A stretch of 64,000 nt of DNA from Selaginella moellendorffii (Eukaryota > Plantae > Lycopodiophyta), in assembly GCF_000143415.4 (NCBI RefSeq), contig NW_003314362.1, positions 186,001 to 250,000 of the forward strand. The letters run 5' to 3'. Below the pieces are notes generated by a model. It had not been told where the DNA came from. It saw nothing but the letters and a program-made list of their open reading frames with translations, and did not search any database. The position numbers and the translations under genes were made by a program. Shown here one piece after another: positions 54,601-64,000 of the stretch; within the stretch, counting starts at the first letter, position 1; the number at the start of each line of letters is the position of its first letter.

Positions 54601-57600
54601 AAGCATGACAAGCGGTGGAATGATGCAACACAATGATCTGCAAGGACCCACGTCAAGCCACTGCGAGAAACTAGAGAGAAGAAAGGCTACGCTCTCGCTC
54701 AGCTCCACTCTTTCTTACATGAGATTGGCACAAGCGCGGCAGTCAAACGCTGCTCGAAAGTGTGGAGCAGCGTATCGTTATCCAGGTCGTCAGTAGTCCT
54801 CGGCCATTCGCTATTTTGACGAAGCATGTAGGAGGAGCTAGTGGTGGATTCAAACTTGGACACCCCCTCTAGCTGAAATGCAATGATACTTTCGTAGACA
54901 AGGCTGCATTGCGAGTCACGCGGGCTGCAAGTTTAAGCTCCTCTCCTCGTCCAAACCTGTTGGCGTTCAAGCGAGCAATGCTGAGACGCGTTCCAGCATG
55001 ACTTTAAAGCAAAAGGAAGAGTCTGGGCTAGATCGACACACTGACCATGATCATCGTGGCTGCTGCTGCTGCTCAAGCACTCCAGCGAATTCCATAAAGA
55101 CCCACCGGCAAATTCTTGCGCGAGCGAAGTAAAATTTAATTGGGTCTCTGGCTGTGGGTTCGAACCTGTGACCTTGCCAATAATTGTTTTTATTCTAGCC
55201 AGATATCCGGCCAACAGGTTCCCGTCCAAATTATGCATTAATAGCTTGTTAACGTGTTTGTTACTTTCATGAATCGTTTCTTGAAATTCTGGGCATGGCG
55301 CTCAGCTGGCACGCGAATGTTTCCCATCAGTTTGATTTGATCCAGGCACCCCCCTCAAGAGCACCGGTGCGTTCTGCCCAAGAGATTCGAGTTGCAAGGC
55401 ATCTGGAAATGTCAAGAGTGCTGAAGGTTGGGGTTAGTTGTTTCTCTCTTCTTCGCAAGATGAAACCCTCGGGGAGCTTAATTCATCAAGACACCACCCA
55501 AAAGCTTCCAGTCTGATGCTTGTTCCTATAGAAAAACCATGTTCAAAACCATGAAACAAAACAGAACATCTTTGAGTTGGTGCAACTAACTTAGACTCAG
55601 AACCTAAAGCTTGTTGCATCAGTGATATCCACTGTAGTCTAGTCCCAGAGTACGTTGTGAGAGCCTTGATCGAGCATCAGGTGAGAGCAAACAATTCCTC
55701 AAGAGCTGCTTGCAGGTTTAGACTCTGCATAGCTGATGGCTGACAAGAGAAGAAGCATGGCAAGCGAGGCGATGATACAACACAAGGATCTGCGAGGTTT
55801 GAAGAAGTCCCTCAACTGCTCCTGGGTACGTTAAGCCACTGCGAGCGTGGTAAGGGACATGAAAACGTGACTCCACTAGCCTAGTCACACCCACAAGCTT
55901 ACGCGAAGCACTGCACTCGACACATCGCTTGGCGAAAATCGAAAGGTGGCAAAGATGAGGAATGAAGCTCAAGACAGTCTCTTGTGCGTTCTTGAGCGAT
56001 CTGGACAAGAGTATATACATACCGCTTTAAATCACAAAAGCAATGCTTGTGATGCTTGCTTTGCGAGGTATTGTTTGAAGGCTTGTCTTGGTTTGAGCCA
56101 GACCGGATCATCCAGCCAAGTGCAGCAGACAAGCGCTGCTCGGGTGAGGAACTTCCTTGTTGGAATGCGAGCGAAAGTGCGGAGCAGCGTATCGTTATCC
56201 AGGTCGCCCAATGGTGGCAGCGTCACCTCTGCTATCGCTGCCCTTGTGCCATTTGCTATTTGGACGAAGCTTACATGTAGTTAACGAATGGTTCCATCGC
56301 ATTGTTCTTGACGACGAGGAGGAGACGCTGCTCTGATCGTCATAGATTCCTCGCGAATTTCGTCATGGAAATGTATGGAAAGTGCGGGCGCGCCGCGGAT
56401 GCCTTGGGTGTCCTCCACAAAATGGAAGATGGAAATGTTTTCTTCTGGAACGCATTTGCCCACAGCAGGAAAATGCCAGAAGTTCTGGTGCTCTTTCGGC
56501 AAATGCTCGTCGATATCGAATTCTTGCAGCTATCAAAGGCGATGTGGCGGAGATCCAGGTGAGAAACACATGGTGAGAAACACCAGGAACCTCGACTTAA
56601 GTTGGCAGAAGGCCCGCTCCAGGCCTGGTTGAAAGACTACTGCTGGAGGGTAAATCAACCACGGCCTTTGGAGGAGGCCATACCCCTGCTGTCTGATCTC
56701 CTCGCAATCCTGGAGCTGAGACAATAACACCGTCACCATCTTTGGCTTGTCGTTGTAGTAATTGGAGCTTGGGGCGGCGATTGGGATGCCAGTCTCGAGC
56801 TCACACGGCAATGCCCTGGTTCCACCCGATGCAAGTGTCTGTCCAGTTCTTGGCAGAAGAAGATCTCGGCGATGGCATGCTCGCCAACGGAGCACCGTAA
56901 CGCGGCGATGATTAGCGCGTGGATCTCCCCCGGATCGGCATTGATAGCTGCCAAGAGAAATAACTGGATGCTCGAAAAAGAGTAACAAGGGCAAATGCCG
57001 CAATCGCAATCTTCCACGAGAAAGAACCTCGATCTTTCATCTTCTGGAAGATTTCCAGCGCCTGCACTTTCCATACCTTTCTATGACCAGATTAGCAAGG
57101 AACCTCGAGGCCGCTGGAGACGATTTTCCTCGTGGATGCGCCTTCCCCCTCCCAGATCTGTGCTCACCGCATTCTCGCCCAGGCGCCCACCGCTGGAGAT
57201 CGCTCCTCCTTCCTGCAAATCTTCGCTGGATGGCACCTCCTCGTCAAGGCTCAAGCACGATGCCATGGAAAACCACCGCCATTGCCATTATACGCTACTG
57301 CTGCACATTTTCGATCCAGGGGGCTCTTTACCCGGGCGGTGTGCTGCTGCCGGGCGTGCTCTATGAGTCGAGCAGCATGGTCTTTCTTCTCAGTCTCAGA
57401 CATCTTCAAACTAGGCTCACAAGCACAAGCACTGCTTTTCCGCGGTATGTATGGTTCTTCTCGTGCTCATTTTGTTTATACTCTTGTCCAGTCCAGATCG
57501 CTTCATTCCTCATCTTCGCCACCCTTTGGCCTCGAGCATTTTCCAAGATAAAATGGAGGCCTGTAGTTCATCAACATCCAAGGCGTGGAGTGACCACAGC

Positions 57601-60600
57601 GCAACGTGTGATGAGATGAGTTGGTGACCTGGTATACGTTTTTTGTGTTATGCCATCTGCTCTTTGGAAACTTTTGAGAAAGCTGGCTCTGAGCTGATTG
57701 AGTTTGAGCTTGGTCAAGGCTCTCACAGGTTTATTGGATCTCTGGTGCAACCCTGGAGTTTTGTTTGCGGGTGAGTAAGCTTTCACGGTTTCAGAGCAAT
57801 ATATTATATTATTGCCAAGAGAAGGCATCAAAACTTGGAGCTCCAGAGTCTCACGCCCCGAGGATTGAAAGGATCCAAACCTATGGACCTCCAGCTTGGA
57901 CAACCAAGTGAAGAATAGATTCCCGGGACCATGGTGCCTGGATCAAATCAAACTCGAGCTCAGACAAGCCATCTTCCAGAACAATATCTTAAACGGATGT
58001 TGCTGGTTCTTGTTGCAGCATACTTATACTTTGTTTCTCAAAAGTAGCTTCTGCATCAGCTGCTTGCTCAGATTGAGATGCAGAGTCCATCCAAGCCGTT
58101 TTGTTTGCCATGGCCTCGCCAGAGCATGGAGAAAGTGAGAGTTTCATTCCATCGAGAAGAGAATGGTTTCTTTCTTGAGCTTGACAGCAGCAACGCACTG
58201 CGTGCCATGCCCCCACAAAACGAAAATCTCTTGCGCCGCTGTTTACATGATGGTATACGTTAAGAAGCAATTAGTGTAGACTTTGGATGGGAACCTGATG
58301 GCCGGATATCTGGCTAGAATAAAAAAATATATTGGCAAGGTCACAGGTTCGAACCCACAGCCAGAGACCCAATCAAATTTTTTTGTATGAACGAGGGATT
58401 TCTCTTCTCCGCAAAGTCGCTCTCGGCAGCGTTGCTGGAGCTAAATCTTCTCTCGTGCCGATCCCCCCGAATGATCCACGGTTCAGGCTCTTGGATCGCG
58501 CGATATTCCCTTTCGCTGGCAAATGCGAGCAGCAAGAACAGGGCATTCGATCGATGCGGCGTCAATCTTGTTCGATTATCGTCTCCTGGAACGCGATGGT
58601 CACCGCGTATGTGGCGGCATCCCGCATCCGAGAGTGAGAGTCTATGTTTGATTGCGTCTCAGAGCGCCATGGAACTCGATGATAATGGCTCTCGCGCAGC
58701 AGGGGCAAATTGTGGCAGCGAAATCGAGCTTGGGCAAAAACGCCGGCCAAGGATCTGGTGTCCTGGACGAATCTACTGCCCAGAATGACAGGACGTTCCA
58801 TGGGTTCCCCTTCCAGCAGTGACTAGCAGACCACCTCCAAAGAAATGTTTGATTTCATGCCGGATGAAGACGGTATTGATTCGGCCAGTAGCTGCTCTCC
58901 AGGATCCGCGCGTGGATCCTCTGGCCTCGCAGCCCCTGGATGTCGTCCACGTGGACAATCAGATGGATTCCAAATCTTGTTTTTCAAATAAGAGGTGCTG
59001 AAATAATATTTTGTTATCTCCCAGTGTTCATGGCTTTGTGGTTATAGCATGCACGCTGTAATGTTCTATTGTGAAGGGTTGCTGGGTTCGATTCCCATCC
59101 GCCTCGACTTTCAATTAAGAATAGTACGGTGTTAGGGTCGCCCCCTAACATGAACACTATTTTATTATTTTATTATTAAATTAACCGAACTTTTAAACGC
59201 AGTTTATATTAGTGGTAACTACAAACAAATAAAAGGTTAAGAGCGATACATCACAGCCGTTGGATTAAAGGATATCTTAGAATATACCATCCAAACCGTT
59301 AGATTTTAGTGCGGCTACGGTTTCGCGAGGTGAGAGAGACTCGGGTATTCGTCTTCCTCTGTGCAGCGGAAAGCTGCCATCTCTCGATGTTTGGGTGGCT
59401 TGAATCCCTCGGAGCTCTCCATCCGGTTGCACCCAGACAAAGGCAACGTTTTCCATCCCCTCTCTCTCAACTACACAACGGGCCTGTCGTGCCGGACTTG
59501 GGACGAGCTGGTCCAGCTGCATCTATTCTGACGCAATTGCTTCGCTCCCTGACACATTCCTTCCGGACGCCAAGACGCGGCAAAATGCGGCGATCATCCA
59601 AGGCATCCAGCCGCCCAAGGACGAAAGGGAGCCGGCTTGGATGTCGAAAACCGAAAACCGAAAGATTCCAAGGATTCAAATGAAGAAACCTCGATACCCA
59701 AAGAGCCTCACCATGGATTTTAGACGATTCCTGGTGCCGGATAGCCACACACAAAAAAAATTCAAAAAATGGATGGATTTAACAGCAAATGAAATCAATC
59801 AAGATGTGGACGTTAGATCTTGCTTCACCTGATATATAGAAGCGACTATGTTCAGGAAGTGAAATCTCCCATTACCAAGACAAAATATGTAGATCCTATT
59901 TTAAAAGCTTCGAAGTGATTACTGTATTGATGCTATTCGTGATGGATAAAGTAGTATCCTAAGAATTGCAACGACTTCCATCATTAGGACCATCCAAGGC
60001 GTCGTTGCCCTCACAAAGAACAGCTTCGGTCAAATCCCGGAGAAGAATCCAGTACCGTGGATCCTCGCATGTTCACGAGATCCTGCGCAAGACCATTGTC
60101 TGCTGGATAGCTCTCACGCAAGTTTCAACTTGAGCGCCGCCAGGAGCATGTTTGAGAGCATGAAGATGCGCACCTTGGTTTCCTGGACCACCAACGCTCA
60201 AAACGCTTGAAGGACAAAATCAGGAGTCAGAACCATACTCAGGTGCTTCAATCCCTTTCGAAAGCTTCCACAGTCAGACCGTTTGCTTCTACATCCCAAA
60301 GAAACCAGGGGATACCTCCAAACCATTCAAACGCCATTTCAGCAGCATTCACTCTCTGCGTTATCTCTTTGGCTTCTTCCGATCCACTCTCGTAGTCTGT
60401 CACGCGTTTCCTCCAAGAAGACACAAGAGCATCATACTCGTGCTTTTCCCACGCAGGCAGATAGCGAGTGAACGTTGTCCGCTTGGCTTTTCTGACATTG
60501 AACTCGTCTGGTGATGAAGCAGCAACAAGGGTTTTATTTCCAACCATCCGCCCCAAGTCCACTCACAGATCGATGAGATGGTATCTACTTTGCTGTCCAG

Positions 60601-62374
60601 CACAATCTCCTGAGGGAAGTCTTCTCTATTCACCACCCTGAGCTTTGTTACCCTTGAACATCAAAACAGTCGCTCTGGACTCGTAGATCATGACCGGAAG
60701 TACCAGACGAATGCAGGCTTACCAACCCCCGAATTTCCATTCAAATGGCAGCACAACATCCACATGAACGGCACCAGGATCTTCCTGATCTCTTTGTACA
60801 ACCCATCGAATATCTCCTTCACGTACAGCTTCAGAATATTGCTGTGGAATGTGGTCAGACGAGCACCTTGAGCAAGAAATTTCATCCGTTCCAGATGGAA
60901 CATTGATCCACCATGCCTGCTGAGATCTCCTAACATAGACTGCATGTTCCCACAGGAGGCAAAGCATATTATTGTACGTTTTAATTGAAAAGCATTTAGC
61001 TCAAGCGTTACAATGAGCTATCCAATAAGAGCACAACTCCCTAAAATGGGCATTCCAACAATGGCCTAATCTTCATTATTGAGCTTAGTCCTGGGTTCAT
61101 TTTAAAAGATTGTAACCGAGCTTAGTCTTTGTACTGTGGGTTCCTTGTAAAAGATTGTAATTAGAAGCTCTATTAGCTAAAAGAGTGATGGAATCACAAG
61201 GAATCCAATCACGGTGGCGTTCTTCAGGCCACTTTAGCACACGACAATGACATCCTCAATGTTAACAATCCACCTTGCGGGTACTAGTGCTCCACGATCG
61301 GGCAAGCCTCTGCATAGGTTCATCATTTACGTAGCTACATGTTATAACTTATGCTCTAGCATTCTTGAGGCCAGTTTCGTCCTACTAGATGGTACATCCT
61401 GACAAAGAACTTTTCTGATTTCGGAAGTGAATGTGATCTAGTCGGGAGCCATTCCTTCCAAGACCATCTCCTGGTAGAGGATCAAATTAAAGCGTGGAAG
61501 AAATTCCCAGTGAGAGCGTAGGCCTAGCAGTCCATGCGACAATGTTGTGGCACTCGGGCATTTGATCGAACATTGCCCGTGCCATGTGTGTGTCGTTTTG
61601 AGTGTAGAACTCATGCTTTTCCATGGTATGTATGGTTCTTCTCGTGCTCATTTTGCTTATACTATTGTCCAGATTGCTTCATTCCTCATAGATGTATTTT
61701 CCAAGATAAATGGAGGCCTGTAGTTCATCAACATCCAAGGCATGGAGTGACCACAATGCAACTTGTGATGAGACGAGTTTGTGACCTTTGTATTATGCCT
61801 TCTGCTCTTTGGAAACTTTTGAGACAGCTTGTTCTCAGCTGATTGAGTTTAAGCTCGGTCAAGGCTTTCACAAGATTGGACAATAGTGTGAAAGACAAAT
61901 GCCAAAACCATGTGTTTGAGGACAAGCTTAACTAGCTAGTTGCACCAAGATCACCACCAATTCCATGAGGTGTGACTTGTTTATGTTGAATCTAGGATTT
62001 TCCTCGAGAGCTTCCCTGGTTTATTGGATGTCTGGTGCAACCCTGGAGTTTTTTTTGCAGGTGAGTAAGCTTTCACGGTTTCAGAGCAATATATTATTGC
62101 CAAGAAAAGGCATCAAAAGTTGGAGCAGGATTTGAAAGGATCGAAACCTATGGACTGTGAGACACAAAATCCCTAGGCCCCAAAGTGGAGCCGGAAGGGC
62201 GCCACATGGTAGTGGCCGAAGCGAGAGCCAAACGAGCGTAACACATTTGGACCAAAAGCTCCGACTTGAAAAGTCAAAAGCGGGAGTGGAACTCCCAACG
62301 AAGTGCTCGAGGAACGAGCACGAAGCGAGCAAAAGGCGAGGCTCCAAAAAGGGACCCAAAAGGACCAACACATG

Positions 62375-62845
62375 ACACGTGGGAGTGTCCGAGATGGACC
62401 CGAGTTGGAGTCCGAAGTGGAGTCCGAGATGGAGTCCGAAGTGGAGTCCGAGGTGGACCCGAGATGGACCCAAGTTGGAGTCCGAAGTGGAGTCAGAGAT
62501 GGACCCGAGATGGAGTCCGAGATGGAGTCCGAGGTGGACCCAAGATGGACCCGAAATGGAGTCCGAGATGGAGTCCGAGATGGACCCGAGATGGAGTCCG
62601 AGATGGAGTCCGAGATGGACCCGAGATGGACCCGAGATGGAGTCCGAGATGGAGTCCGAGATGGAGTCCGAAGTCGAGACCGAGACCGGGACCGAGACCG
62701 AGACCGAGACCGAGATCAGGACCGAGACCGAGACCGAGGCCGAGGCCAAGACCGAGCCCGAGCCCGAGTCCGAGTCCGAATCCGAGTCCGAGTCCGAGTC
62801 CGAGTCCGAGTCCGAGTCCGAGTCCGAGTCCGAGTCCGAGTCCGG
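62375..62845 (+). repeat. Compound minisatellite/microsatellite inside the LTR
   Basis: GAGATGGAGTCC and GAGATGGACCC 11-12-mers grade into GAGACC, GAGCCC and GAGTCC hexamers. Confidence 0.95.
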
Positions 62846-63850
62846 AGCCTGAGAGGGTGAAAGCCCAAAGCGTTCGTCTCCCAGACCCTGGGGGGTTTGG
62901 TGAGCTCCAAAAGTATAGTAGGGGGAGGACTGCAGTGGAGCCAGTTTGGCCAGGAAAGGCCAGTTTGGCCCAGGAAGGCCGGACCCAGTGTTGGGTGATG
63001 AGCTGCCCACTGGGAAGTCCAAGACTAAAGTGAACACAGACCGACAAGCAGGGTAGCTTGGTGAAGTGTTCAAGAGCTGGCTCTAGTTCCCCCGGGAGAT
63101 CGACTGGCTGATGCTCCCAGTCCAAGTGTGGGTGGCACTACCTACTTGGATACCTGGTGTGGCTCAATGGAACCCGCTCTAAGCCCATGGCTAGAGCACC
63201 CAAGGGCAGAAGGCGAGGAGAGTACCCAGGTGGCTCGCGTAAGGCCATGGTGTTCCGAAATGTTGTCCCAAAGGCCCAGACTGTGGAAAGGAAGAGGAGC
63301 AATCCTCTGGGGTAGTGACCAAGGACACAGTCGTGTGGTGAGGAAGTCCCAGAGGACCGTGGGACTTAGTGGTCGGGCCTGTGGGTCTCGATCCAGTGGC
63401 AGTGTTGGCAAACACGGCCAGGGGCAGAAAGGGACTTAGTGGGGACTGACAGAGGGATATTGGGGAAGGCTATTCCCCTTGTCGGTGGGCATCCTAAGGA
63501 TGCTAAGGAGTGGATCTGAGATGACCACTCACGGATGGTTTGCCTAGTCTTGGAGAGCCAAGACGGTGATGCAAGTGGTATTGGACTACCAGTGTGGCAA
63601 AGGTGATTGGGCATGGCCTTAGCGTAACGGGCTGCTATGTCGGTGGTACCTTTGAGTGTCGGTCATGGGATCGGACACGTGGGGCACTTGGACCAAGTGC
63701 AAATGTTGAGTGGCATGGATGCCATTCTCGGGGCTAGCAAGTCCCAAGTCCTGGATTGGACTTATGGAGGTTGTGAATGAGACTCCTCCAAGTGGTCAGA
63801 GGTGTGGTTAAGTGACTAAAGTAGAATGGAAAATTTAGTCGCTTACAACT

Positions 63851-63862
63851 TGGTATCGGAGC
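63851..63862 (+). promoter_or_regulatory. Primer-binding site complementary to tRNA-iMet
   Basis: TGGTATCGGAGC, one mismatch from the canonical TGGTATCAGAGC, directly after the LTR end. Confidence 0.85.
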
Positions 63863-64000
63863 TGTTCCTTAGTCCGAATTTTATTGGTGCTCAAGTATAT
63901 CACCACTGGTGTTGGCAACGGAAGGTCCGAGAAGTGGGCCTATCCTTGAGGAGTAGCAGGTCGGGAAGATATGGCTCTCCATTACAGTTCATGTGTGAAC

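Larger units (their letters stand above)
22968..62155 (+). repeat. Tandem array of a ~10.6 kb mosaic unit: copies 22968-32365, 32366-42984, 42985-53634, 53635-62155 (interrupted)
   Basis: Near-identical ORFs recur at 23935/33308/43955/54605, 26399/35775/46455/57083 and 30708/41340/51994. Copy 1 is ~1.2 kb shorter because of an internal deletion. Confidence 0.97.
62156..64000 (+). mobile_element. LTR retrotransposon 5' end: LTR 62156-63847, then PBS and leader; superfamily not determinable
   Basis: The unit sequence CCTATGGAC|CTCCAAG is interrupted by TGTGAG...; the LTR ends ...CTTACA (imperfect TG...CA inverted termini), with the PBS 3 nt downstream. Confidence 0.88.

Noticed and set aside
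22968-62845. CRISPR array or rDNA as the explanation of the repeats
   Set aside because: The context is eukaryotic, there is no repeat-spacer structure and no rRNA-like sequence was recognised.
62081-63125. Long ORFs with DS, RP, GL or ES dipeptide runs
   Set aside because: They are artefacts of the stop-free hexamer and 12-mer repeats within the LTR.

Overview
Compact eukaryotic plant DNA with 50-60 bp GT-AG introns and PLS-type PPR and UGT fragments, most consistent with the lycophyte Selaginella (inference). There are four zones. (1) 1-13.9 kb is gene-dense: the 3' part of a CHD3/CHR4-like chromatin remodeller, a CYP703-like P450, an adenylate kinase and an NADP-malic enzyme. These sit in a locally duplicated block whose two copies lost genes reciprocally. 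(2) 14-22.8 kb is a graveyard of UGT, PPR and F-box fragments containing one clean two-exon gene for a fungal-type DUF3669 kinase-like protein (candidate horizontal transfer). (3) 22.97-62.15 kb is a near-identical tandem array of about 3.8 copies of a ~10.6 kb mosaic unit. The unit holds PPR, F-box, START-like and Crinkler/RHS-like NTPase fragments, nested inverted repeats and two kinds of tRNA-like (B-box) elements. (4) From 62156 an LTR retrotransposon (1.7 kb LTR with an internal minisatellite, tRNA-iMet PBS) is inserted into the last unit. All family calls come from motif recognition by eye; no searches were run.
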